Of a DNA stretch of 64,000 bases, positions 20,970-29,655 are shown piece by piece; the stretch's first letter is position 1, and each line of letters opens with the position of its first letter. Source of the stretch: Promethearchaeota archaeon. GTDB lineage: Archaea; Asgardarchaeota; Thorarchaeia; Thorarchaeales; Thorarchaeaceae. The DNA lies in contig WJIL01000006.1 in NCBI GenBank assembly GCA_014730275.1, positions 36,191 through 100,190 on the forward strand, given 5' to 3'. The notes under the pieces were generated by a model that was not told the origin of the DNA, did no database searches, and saw only the letters and a list, made by a program, of their open reading frames with translations. The translations under genes were made by a program, and so were the position numbers.

Positions 20970-21713
20970 TCAGGATGCACTAACGTCTTTCAAAGCTTGT
21001 GTGATTTCATCAACTGCATGAACAGCCTGCATTTTGCTCCCCCCTTTGTAGGGGGCAGCAACTACACTGAATGAGCCAACCTTAAAGAACTGTACATTGT
21101 ATTTATTTACGTTCAAAGATGTCGGCACCATGTCAGGATTTGGCTTGAATCCCGTGTTGATTATTTTATCTTGGATTCGAAGAGCATGAGATTTCGGAAC
21201 GTTGCCGTAAACCATTTTGCCCTTAGCATCAAAAACCCCAATATAGGCAACTTCATAGTTTTCTAAGGCTTCGTCTACAAAATCCCGAGTACAGCCAATC
21301 AATCTCTCGCTGGAAGTTTTTGAATTAACGAGAAGATATCTGTCAATAACACGATCTATCTCGTCCATCTGGGGGATTTCGCCGGAGAATTTGTCCAGAA
21401 CATCTTGATACGACTTTCGGATTGTTTTGCCAAGAGATACCAATCTCTGTTTTAATTGTGCTTTGTCATCTGGATTATGTGTTAGAGCCACAACAGCAAA
21501 TTCACTGAAAATGGCATAAGCCCAGAGTTTGTCATTTTCTTCCAGAAAGTAGGTACGCTGCTTTTCTACAGAATGAGATGAGGTAAGGAGCGTAACACCA
21601 GCAGTAACGCGACTAGGAAGTGATAAATCAAAACTGTTGCCTTCTTCTTTCAAGACCCGTGCATAGGCAAGTTCTCCATTGCTTCTGATAACATACGCGC
21701 TTGCGACTTTCAC
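20970..21713 (-). CDS. Tandem roadblock/LC7 (MglB/longin-like) domain protein
   Basis: Two ~110-aa halves, each with a roadblock-like pattern: 'ASAYVIRSNGELAYARV...KLWAYAIFSEFAVVALTHNPD' and 'EVAYIGVFDAKGKMVYGNVPK...VGSFSVVAAPYKGG'. GTG start preceded by 'aggggag' SD. Confidence 0.45.
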   Translation of the reverse strand: MKVASAYVIRSNGELAYARVLKEEGNSFDLSLPSRVTAGVTLLTSSHSVEKQRTYFLEENDKLWAYAIFSEFAVVALTHNPDDKAQLKQRLVSLGKTIRKSYQDVLDKFSGEIPQMDEIDRVIDRYLLVNSKTSSERLIGCTRDFVDEALENYEVAYIGVFDAKGKMVYGNVPKSHALRIQDKIINTGFKPNPDMVPTSLNVNKYNVQFFKVGSFSVVAAPYKGGSKMQAVHAVDEITQALKDVSAS

Positions 21714-21759
21714 CTTTGCTCCCCTGTCTCAAAAAGGTTCGAATTGCCTTTCTTAAGGA

Positions 21760-22119
21760 TTGTTTGTAGACATACCCTTTTTATGGCTACGAGAATACCC
21801 AAAACTGGGTGTTGATGTGCCACGACGGAAAGACCGCCCTCGTAGAACGCGGTATGACATATATGCGGAACTCATTCGTGTCATCTATATCTACGGCCAC
21901 TGCCCCCTTACTCGAGCGGCACGTTCATGCAATATGCCAGTTGATCGTGCAAAGGATAGCATCAACATGCTCTGTGATAGAGGTCTGCTAGAAGAAGAGG
22001 ACGATGACGGGCAGATTCTATACACAGTAACAGTGCGTGGCCACCAGTATTTGGAGCTTTACAAGCGTATGGCAAAGCTAGTGGGTATGCCAATGCCCGA
22101 TCCAATTATGGGAATGTAG
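21760..22119 (+). CDS. Small winged-helix DNA-binding protein
   Basis: 'DIYAELIRVIYIYGHCPLTRAARSCNMPVDRAKDSINMLCDRGLLEEEDDDGQILYTVTVRG' fits an H1-H2-H3-wing pattern; start (TTG 21760 or internal GTG) uncertain. Confidence 0.4.
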   Translation: MFVDIPFLWLREYPKLGVDVPRRKDRPRRTRYDIYAELIRVIYIYGHCPLTRAARSCNMPVDRAKDSINMLCDRGLLEEEDDDGQILYTVTVRGHQYLELYKRMAKLVGMPMPDPIMGM

Positions 22120-22247
22120 CCACATTAGATGTGGTCTATACCCATGAAATACAGATACTCCGGAAAACCCGAGGTTTTTATGGCTCTAAAAGGCCAAAAC
22201 TTTAAGCAAGATAGAAACCACGGGTAATCAGGAGGTCACCATCTCAA

Positions 22248-23006
22248 ATGGGAGTACCACAATCTCAAATTGTGGACTACAATACGAAACTCCAAGTTAC
22301 AGCAACAGTAACTACAGGAGGTCCACAGTCTCAAATCAGCCTATTCGGTGTGCTCTTCATTGCCATGATTTTGGCGTTAGTAATTATCTATGCTCTCAAA
22401 AGATATCTGGGCAACTGGAGAGAACGCACGATTGAGGAACCATTTGAGTCTACGGATGAACAATCAGTCTGGTCGTTTCTCCGGTCGAAGTTACCTAGAA
22501 CGAGAGTTCTCGCTTTAATCATCATTATTGTCATCGGAATTCCAAGTGTATTCTTTATTGGTCGAATGCCGGTCCATCGAACCAACATCACTCACACAGA
22601 TCCTGAAGGAGATGTATCGGATCCTAACATCGACATTGTCCAATTGCGCTCATACCGAACTGGTAACGACATCGCACTCGAAATAACAGTTGCAGGGGAA
22701 ATCAGAAACGTAACGGATTCTTCACCGTATCCTGATCCATACGATTACAGAATAACGATAATCACAAGGAGACCGAATGAAGAAGGTACCCCGGCTTACA
22801 GAGTCAGCTACACGAATGGAACCCTCGGGTTGCAGTACGATACCAGAGCCAACGTAGATAACAATACGCTAACCATTTTCCTTCCTTTGTATGAAATAGA
22901 TTCACGATACTACATAATTGATATCAAAGGCAAAGCGAGGACTTACACCGAGACAGATACCACAGAGGCAGATTCGGACCGTCCTGTTGAAAGGCTACTT
23001 TTCTAG
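22248..23006 (+). CDS. Single-pass membrane-anchored protein with extracytoplasmic domain
   Basis: Strong SD 'aggaggt' 11 nt upstream of ATG; TM 'LFGVLFIAMILALVIIYAL'; internal repeat GVPQSQI/GGPQSQI at the N-terminus. Confidence 0.45.
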   Translation: MGVPQSQIVDYNTKLQVTATVTTGGPQSQISLFGVLFIAMILALVIIYALKRYLGNWRERTIEEPFESTDEQSVWSFLRSKLPRTRVLALIIIIVIGIPSVFFIGRMPVHRTNITHTDPEGDVSDPNIDIVQLRSYRTGNDIALEITVAGEIRNVTDSSPYPDPYDYRITIITRRPNEEGTPAYRVSYTNGTLGLQYDTRANVDNNTLTIFLPLYEIDSRYYIIDIKGKARTYTETDTTEADSDRPVERLLF

Positions 23007-23106
23007 GGATGGTCACAATTTGTGACTACTGATTGTGACTTCGCTTTATATGTAGAGGATAGTGGATTATACATAGAAAATATGCATCAAAGGAGCAACG
23101 AAGAAC

Positions 23107-24339
23107 ATGAAATTCAAAGGTGAACAGGAACTCGTACTGGGTCTGGTTCGAGAAGACCTCGAGCTAAAAGACTGTAGATACGTAGTTCCTGAAGACGGGT
23201 CCCAAATCACTGTAGAGGGAGACATCAGAATCAAAGGCGAGACGTTCTTCAGAGGGAGTGTAAAAGCACAGAATCTGGAAGTAACTTCAAGCGACAAAGT
23301 GACAATCGAAGGTGATTTGGAAGTTGAAGGATCAGCCACCGCAAAGAAAGGCAGTATAGAAGTCAGGGGTTCCGCGAAAGGACAGATTTTCGAAGCCGGT
23401 GGTTCACTCACAATAGGCGAGAATCTCATTTGTGGAGGTGCCAAAGGTGGCGGCTCAATCAAAGTGGGCGGTAACGCAAAGGCACAGAGAATGAGTGCAG
23501 GTGGATCTCTGAGTATAAGCGGAGATGCTGTTGTTGACAGATTACGTGGAGGAGGCTCAATCAAAGTGGGCGGCCGAATCGAAACAGAAGAGCTTCATGT
23601 CGGTGGCAGCGGTAAATGCAATCATGGAAAAATCGGAAGAGTGAACATAGGCGGCAGTTTCAAGGCCGAAGGTTCTGTTGAAATCGACGAGATTGATGTT
23701 GGCGGCTCTGCCAAAGTCGGACCCAACTCCAAAGTAGCATCCGTTGATGTCGGAGGCTCATTCAAGGCAGCTGACAATTTCGAGTTCGGGGACATTGATG
23801 TTGGTGGTAGCGTAAAGATCAGTGGCAATGGCAAGGGCGGAGAAATTGATGTTGGCGGAACTGTGAAAGTATCTGGATCGCTTGAGCTGGAAAATGTAGA
23901 AGTGGGCGGGAAGCTCTCTGTAGATGACAACCTCAAAGCAAGTCGAAAGATCAAAGTCGGGGGAACGGTCTCTGTTGGCGGTAGAATCGACACATACCGT
24001 ATTCTCGCAGGCGGAAGAATTGAAGCCAAGTACATCTTCGCTGAAGACGGACTCAGAATCGGGCGCAAGGGTGAAGTCCGAGGTTTTGTAGAATCCAAGG
24101 AAATTTGGATTCGCGAACGTGCCAGGACAGATTCGCTCTACGGAGAAGATATTCGCGTCGAGGAAAGAGCAAGAGTAGCGAACATCTATGGAAAGGATGT
24201 TTACATTGAACGAGACGCAATAGTCGAGGGAAAGGTCCTCTACACAGACAGCCTCGAAAAAGAGAGCGATGTAACAATCAGAAAAGACACCAGAAAGGTG
24301 GATGAGCTTCCCCCACCAGAAGAATTGGCAAATAGTTAG
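23107..24339 (+). CDS. Bactofilin-like beta-helical repeat protein (extended)
   Basis: >15 repeats with 17-18-aa period of the form '(D/E)VGGSxKxxxxxxxxx(I/V)' (e.g. 'IDVGGSAKVGPNSKVASV','DVGGSFKAADNFEFGDI','DVGGSVKISGNGKGGEI'), matching the bactofilin (DUF583) triangular beta-helix winding length. 'aggag' SD before ATG. Confidence 0.5.
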   Translation: MKFKGEQELVLGLVREDLELKDCRYVVPEDGSQITVEGDIRIKGETFFRGSVKAQNLEVTSSDKVTIEGDLEVEGSATAKKGSIEVRGSAKGQIFEAGGSLTIGENLICGGAKGGGSIKVGGNAKAQRMSAGGSLSISGDAVVDRLRGGGSIKVGGRIETEELHVGGSGKCNHGKIGRVNIGGSFKAEGSVEIDEIDVGGSAKVGPNSKVASVDVGGSFKAADNFEFGDIDVGGSVKISGNGKGGEIDVGGTVKVSGSLELENVEVGGKLSVDDNLKASRKIKVGGTVSVGGRIDTYRILAGGRIEAKYIFAEDGLRIGRKGEVRGFVESKEIWIRERARTDSLYGEDIRVEERARVANIYGKDVYIERDAIVEGKVLYTDSLEKESDVTIRKDTRKVDELPPPEELANS

Positions 24340-24380
24340 ATTCACCAATGCGGTCGCTATTTGTAAGCAATAAAATAAGC

Positions 24381-24437
24381 AGGGGTGCCGGGTTGATAGC
24401 GAAAAAACTTGGCACCCCTAGTCAAGTGTTTTTCTTG
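24381..24437 (+). terminator. Hairpin + T-run terminator-like element after 23107..24339
   Basis: Perfect 9-bp stem aggggtgcc(24381-24389)/ggcacccct(24411-24419), then 'tgtttttcttg' (24427-24437). Confidence 0.4.
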
Positions 24438-24891
24438 TGATTAAATCCAAGATTCTACTAAGCCAATCACAGAGATTCTTTTTCTTGCTGTATGTTTCGG
24501 GTCAGAATTGCCCTAACAGGTTCTGTACTCATTCTTGCTACGATTTCCATATTTCGTTCAAGCTCAAACCACTCTGCAATTGGAAGATTGGGAATTACTT
24601 TTTTCGTTTCTGACACGAAATCACGCTCCAATGTGGTAAATTGTCTGATTCAATTTATCTGAAACTAGTCCTATGAAACAGGGACAAATACCCGTGTTCG
24701 GTTTTTGATGGGTCAACAAGAAATGACCCAAATTTGTCCGTAATTATCGAGTTTAGATTTATGAAATTTTCGAGGGTAAGAAATGCTATGCAGTGAATCC
24801 ACGAATCGCACTGAAACGCCTTGCGATTGACTATGAGTCCACATCTTTTGAAAATTCCACCTTGTTTTAGGACATATTGACATCCGTTGTG

Positions 24892-25656
24892 CTATTCATT
24901 TTCCTTCTGCAGAACGAGTATTCTCCGTGTAGACTCTGGTTCATACGGTTCTTTCCCGAAGCCACCAAATTCTTCAACAACATCAAACCCCGCCATTTTG
25001 ACCAACAAATCAGCCTCGCGGTTGTAGATTATTGCCACCGAGGATTCAACTTCCACAATTTCATCAACATTATCTTCGCCGCCAGAGATCCGATACTCTA
25101 TGTTTACATCCTGTCTCTGTTCAACTCTGTCCACTTTGGCCTTTCCCCTGCGTGATACCGTTCGACCATCAGGTAGCTCAACTGGTTCGTTTTCCCACTC
25201 GCTTTCTTGATCATGGAGAACTCCGGGATACAAGTCCAGTAGAAACAAGCCGTCATCGCGCAGATGCTCGCGTATGCTAACAAGTGTTGAAAGCTGTTCT
25301 TCTGTTGTCACTGCATATCCAAAGGATGCAGGAATGATAATCAGAGAGAAAGTGATGTCAAAACCGAAATTTGTCATGTCTCCTTCAACTAGTGTTATTC
25401 GGTTTTCGGCGGGTTCTGTAAGCCTGTCTAGCTTATTCCGTGCAATCGAAAGCATTGAAGGTGATTTTTCAAGAGCAAAAACACGGAAGCCCTCCTTTGC
25501 AAGGGGAACAGTAACGCGCAAAGTGCCGGCTGCAAGATCTAGTATCGGTGAGCCTGTTTCATGAGCGTAACTGACATAGAATGGGATGTCGCTATTATCA
25601 GCAAAAAAATCGTAAAATTCAGCTGCCCCTTCGTAACCAACATTATTTGACACCAT
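24892..25656 (-). CDS. Class-I SAM-dependent methyltransferase
   Basis: Motif I 'ILDLAAGTLRVTVPLAKEGFRVFALEKSPSM', motif post-I 'VEGDMTNF'; ATG 25656 preceded by GGAGGA (ORF track begins at TTG 25668). Confidence 0.75.
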   Translation of the reverse strand: MVSNNVGYEGAAEFYDFFADNSDIPFYVSYAHETGSPILDLAAGTLRVTVPLAKEGFRVFALEKSPSMLSIARNKLDRLTEPAENRITLVEGDMTNFGFDITFSLIIIPASFGYAVTTEEQLSTLVSIREHLRDDGLFLLDLYPGVLHDQESEWENEPVELPDGRTVSRRGKAKVDRVEQRQDVNIEYRISGGEDNVDEIVEVESSVAIIYNREADLLVKMAGFDVVEEFGGFGKEPYEPESTRRILVLQKENE

Positions 25657-26188
25657 GATGTCCTCCAAGATACATAAAGCATTTCAAGCATTTGAAGGAT
25701 TCCCATCGGATTTTCACTTCTCACGGCTGACTTATTCGGAGAATCAAGAATTTCCCAACGAGAGATGGGGAAGGGGGAGAGGATATCCCCCTTTTCTTAC
25801 ACGTTGAGCAGTTTAAAACGGCTGATCAGGCATTTCTGGATCCAATATACTTCACCTCATTTCTTCAAACAGGAAAGGCATACATCGTCTACTCGTTTCT
25901 CACTATGATGAAAGAATCACATGCCTACCAGAGAAAATAGCCGTTACAGTTTCATACGACACATTTGCATAGTTGTGCTTATATTATACTCAGCAATACG
26001 AGTATGGAAAGGATTATCATCGTCTCGGCAAATACCGGCACATTCTTCGTAGTAAACACCTATTGCCAAATCTGATGTATCCGAAGATTCTCCTAATCAT
26101 GAAAAGTTCAGCAAACCAAGTCAGTTCGAAGCTTTTATCAGATTGAATTGTCGGACTCGCTCAGGAACCTGTCAATACAGGCGGTTAG

Positions 26189-27160
26189 ATGATGGACGTC
26201 ACAAAGGAAACCTTGGAAGATCTTTATACGCAGACTCTCAAAGTCAGGCTTTTCGAAGAAAAAGTATGGGAAGTATTCGGGCGCAATCTGATACCGGGCA
26301 CGCTTCATCTCTATCTTGGAGAAGAGGCAGTTGCTGCAGGTGTAAGTACAGCTCTGAGAGAGTCGGATTGGATTCAGAGTACCCATAGAGGGCATGGGCA
26401 CGTTGTCGCGAAAGGAGCGGATATGAAACGAGCTTTTGCCGAGTTGCTTGGAAAGAAGACGGGCTCATGCAAGGGGAAAGGTGGATCCATGCATATTACG
26501 GAGTTTGAGGCAGGTATTCTCGGCGCTACAGGCGTCGTGGCCTCAGGCCTACCAATAGCTGTTGGAGCAGCTCTTTCGGCACAGTTGCGAGGAACCGATG
26601 AAGTGGTAGCTTGTTTCTTTGGTGACGGAGCCTCAAACAACGGAACTTTCTGTGAGTCCCTCAATATGTCTGCGATATGGAAATTGCCTGTAATCTGGGT
26701 AGTTGAGAATAACTTTTACGCTATGGGGACACCAATCAAGCAGATGTGCCCAAGTCAGAGCATAGCAAGAAGAGGCGAAGCGTATTGTATCCCAAGTCAA
26801 GTTGTTGATGGCAATAATGCATTGAAGGTCTACAAAGCCGCAGCAGAAGCAGTAGAAAGAGCACGAAACGGCGAAGGTCCATCACTGATTGAGTGCCAGA
26901 CATACAGAAAGAAAGGCCATTCTCGCTTTGATCCCGCTGATTATCGACCAGAGGAAGAGGAAGAAGAATGGTTGAGCAGAGATCCTGTTGAAATAATCAC
27001 GAATCTTGCCATTGAGCAAAAAGCGTTGTCCAAGAAGAAAGCTGAGAACATCCGAAAACAGCTGCAAGAGCAAGTGGATGAAGCGGCTGAATTTGCAATC
27101 AATTCTGAACATCCTGAACCAGAAGAAGCTCTGGAAGATGTGTTTGCGGAGGTGGCCTAA
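26189..27160 (+). CDS. 2-oxoacid (pyruvate/acetoin) dehydrogenase E1 component alpha subunit, TPP-dependent
   Basis: 'LYLGEEAVAAGV', TPP-binding 'GDGASNNGTFCESLNMSAIWKLPVIWVVENNFYAMGT', phosphorylation-loop-like 'YRKKGHS'. Confidence 0.85.
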   Translation: MMDVTKETLEDLYTQTLKVRLFEEKVWEVFGRNLIPGTLHLYLGEEAVAAGVSTALRESDWIQSTHRGHGHVVAKGADMKRAFAELLGKKTGSCKGKGGSMHITEFEAGILGATGVVASGLPIAVGAALSAQLRGTDEVVACFFGDGASNNGTFCESLNMSAIWKLPVIWVVENNFYAMGTPIKQMCPSQSIARRGEAYCIPSQVVDGNNALKVYKAAAEAVERARNGEGPSLIECQTYRKKGHSRFDPADYRPEEEEEEWLSRDPVEIITNLAIEQKALSKKKAENIRKQLQEQVDEAAEFAINSEHPEPEEALEDVFAEVA

Positions 27161-28135
27161 TTGACGGAAATGACGTATCGAGAAGCCCTAAGAGAAGGTC
27201 TTAGAGAAGAATTACAGCGTGATGAACGCGTTTTCATGATGGGCGAAGATATTGGCAAAAACTGGGGTGGTGCATTCAAAGTAACCAAAGGTTTTGTCGA
27301 GGAATTTGGCGAAGAACGTATCAGAGACACACCAATTTCAGAGAACACAATTGCAGGAGCGGGTGTGGGTGCAGCAATAACGGGAATGCGCCCAGTTGCT
27401 GAGATAATGTTTGGTGATCTCATTACGCTGGCCATGGATCAAATCTGTAACCAGGCAGCAAAGATGCGATATATGTTCGGCGGACAAACATCTGTACCCC
27501 TTGTCTTGCGGACCGTATTTGGAGGGGGCAAAAATATTGCTTCCCACCACTCGCAGAGCCTACAAGCATGGTTCATGCATACACCAGGGCTCAAAGTAGC
27601 AGTACCTGCTTTCGCTTCGGATGTCAAAGGATTGATCAAGACAGCCATCCGTGATCCAGATCCAGTTATGTTTTTCGAGCATAAATTGGTCTATGACAAG
27701 AAGGAAGATGTACCAGATGACGAATACCTCATCCCCTTTGGGGAAGCGAAAATCCGTCGCGCAGGTGAGGATGTTACTGTCTGGGCCACGTTCAGAATGC
27801 TACATCAAGCCATAGAGGTAGCAGATGAGCTCGCCAAGGAAGGAATCAGTGTCGAAGTTATCGATCCAAGAACTCTAGTGCCGCTCGATAAGAAGACCCT
27901 CATTGATTCGGTTGTCAAAACGGGGAGGCTTGTTCTTGTTACTGAGGAAACCAAGACAGGAGCGACCACAGCAGAGATATCAGCATTGGTACAAGAGGAA
28001 GCTTTTGACTGGTTGGACGCCCCAATCAAACGGGTGAATGCACCCGATACACCAATACCTTTCAGTCCCACTTTAGAGGACTATTTCATACCTGACAAAA
28101 AGCAGATTTCCAACACAATCAAGAGTATCGTATAG
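27161..28135 (+). CDS. 2-oxoacid dehydrogenase E1 component beta subunit
   Basis: 'MTYREALREGLREEL...VFMMGEDIG' transketolase-pyrimidine-binding N-terminus and C-terminal transketolase domain; starts immediately after the E1alpha stop. Confidence 0.85.
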   Translation: MTEMTYREALREGLREELQRDERVFMMGEDIGKNWGGAFKVTKGFVEEFGEERIRDTPISENTIAGAGVGAAITGMRPVAEIMFGDLITLAMDQICNQAAKMRYMFGGQTSVPLVLRTVFGGGKNIASHHSQSLQAWFMHTPGLKVAVPAFASDVKGLIKTAIRDPDPVMFFEHKLVYDKKEDVPDDEYLIPFGEAKIRRAGEDVTVWATFRMLHQAIEVADELAKEGISVEVIDPRTLVPLDKKTLIDSVVKTGRLVLVTEETKTGATTAEISALVQEEAFDWLDAPIKRVNAPDTPIPFSPTLEDYFIPDKKQISNTIKSIV

Positions 28136-28151
28136 AATCTGAGGGAGCCCA

Positions 28152-29369
28152 ATGGTCGAGATTATGATAATGCAACGAATGAGCGTCGCAATGGAATATG
28201 GCGTGATTCTGGAGTGGCTAAAAGAAGAGGGTGAACACGTCGAAAAGGGCGAACCCGTTGTTGAAATCTTTGGTGAGAAAAATGAGTTCGAATTAGAATC
28301 GCCATACGAGGGTATACTTCTCAAACAGCTCTGTGAAGTGGATGATGAGATTCCAATCAGTGAACCTATAGCAATCATAGGCGAAGAGGACGAGGAAGTA
28401 CCTGATATCACACCCAAAAAGCTTGGAGAGATGGAAGAAGACCAGACTCCTGCTGCCGAAGACAAACGAACAGCTGTTGAGGTAGTCAAAGAAGCTGAAT
28501 CTACTGGGCAAACCGAAATCTCTAGGCTAAGAGGAGGGAGAGTCAAAGCATCTCCACGAGCAAGAAAGAAAGCCGAGGAGCTTGGTGTCAATATCAAAAT
28601 GGTTCGTGGTACAGGGCCGAGCGGTCGGATCGTAGAGGATGACGTGATAGAAGCATCAAAGGTACAGGTGGATTCTAGAGAAATAAAAGAAATAAAACCA
28701 ATGAGTCCATTGAGGCGGACAATAGCGCGAAGGATGACAGAAAGCTCAGAACGACCTCACATCACAATGATCACCGAGATTAACATGACAGAAGTTGTCA
28801 AACTCAGAAAAGAAATCAATACAAAAACTGAGAAAACTCATGCTTTGAGGATTTCGTTCAATGACATAATTGTAAAGGCTGTAGCAGACACCCTGGAGAA
28901 ATTCCCCCATTTCAATGCAACTCTTGAGGGTAACAACATCAAGATGTATGATGACATAAACATAGGAATAGCTATGGCAACAGATGAAGGTCTGATAGTT
29001 CCAACGGTGTTCTCAGCCAATAAAAAATCGATTACAGAAATAGCACAAGAAAGCCAAGGACTGAAAGAAAGAGCACAAGAAGGTGAATTGACTTCTGAAG
29101 AGCTTTCAGGCAGCACATTTACCGTCTCAAATCTAGGACCATTCCAAGTGGATCTTTTCATTCCACTCATTAACCCACCAGAAGCTGCGATTCTTGCTCT
29201 CGGGCAAATCAAAGAGAAGCCGGTGGCTGTTGACGGTATGATTGGTATTCGCCACATGATGATGGCTTCATGCGCAGTGGATCACAGAATCCTTGATGGT
29301 GCTCCTGCAGGAAAGTTCCTCCAAGTACTGAAGGAGTCTCTTGAGAATCCCTATTTCATGAAAATATAG
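28152..29369 (+). CDS. Dihydrolipoamide acyltransferase E2 (single lipoyl domain + E1/E3-binding + catalytic domain)
   Basis: Lipoyl domain 'VVEIFGEKNEFELESPYEGIL'; PSBD 'ASPRARKKAEELGVNIKMVRGTGPSGRIVEDDV'; catalytic 'DHRILDGAPAGKFL' (DHRxxDG). Confidence 0.8.
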   Translation: MVEIMIMQRMSVAMEYGVILEWLKEEGEHVEKGEPVVEIFGEKNEFELESPYEGILLKQLCEVDDEIPISEPIAIIGEEDEEVPDITPKKLGEMEEDQTPAAEDKRTAVEVVKEAESTGQTEISRLRGGRVKASPRARKKAEELGVNIKMVRGTGPSGRIVEDDVIEASKVQVDSREIKEIKPMSPLRRTIARRMTESSERPHITMITEINMTEVVKLRKEINTKTEKTHALRISFNDIIVKAVADTLEKFPHFNATLEGNNIKMYDDINIGIAMATDEGLIVPTVFSANKKSITEIAQESQGLKERAQEGELTSEELSGSTFTVSNLGPFQVDLFIPLINPPEAAILALGQIKEKPVAVDGMIGIRHMMMASCAVDHRILDGAPAGKFLQVLKESLENPYFMKI

Positions 29370-29379
29370 ATGAAACCAT

Positions 29380-29655
29380 TTAGCCATGTCTGAAGACTAC
29401 CCCGAATCCACCACGGGGATAGCTCCAGTCAACTGCATCATATGGACAGATGATTTTGCATGTTCCGCACTCGATACAATCTTCGTACTGGAAAGTCAGT
29501 TCTCCATCTTCCAGCTTGAAACATCCTGCTGGGCAACTAGGTATACAGGGTTTTGATTCACAGGATGAACACTCCTCCTTGTCTACTACTATGTGAGCTT
29601 CTTCATCAAAGCGGTATTTCAGTAAGCCTAATTTGTTCTCCAAATCATCTCTCAT
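29380..29655 (-). CDS. FixX-like ferredoxin
   Basis: 'CPAGCF...CIECGTCKIICPYDAVDWSYPRGGFGVVFRHG' reproduces the FixX C-terminal signature. Confidence 0.75.
   Translation of the reverse strand: MRDDLENKLGLLKYRFDEEAHIVVDKEECSSCESKPCIPSCPAGCFKLEDGELTFQYEDCIECGTCKIICPYDAVDWSYPRGGFGVVFRHG

Noticed and set aside
20970-24339. The idea that roadblock + wH + membrane + bactofilin-like genes form one operon
   Set aside because: The genes are on alternating strands (-, +, +, +), with separate promoters and an SD for each. Functional linkage is possible, but co-transcription of all four is not supported.
23067-24348. Long ORFs on the - strand (23067..23564, 23622..24098, 23758..24348) and 24053..24277, antisense to the bactofilin-like gene
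   Set aside because: They arise from the 51-54-nt DNA periodicity of the repeat-protein gene. Their translations are low-complexity (P/S/T-rich), have no start context, and fully overlap a much better-supported + strand CDS.
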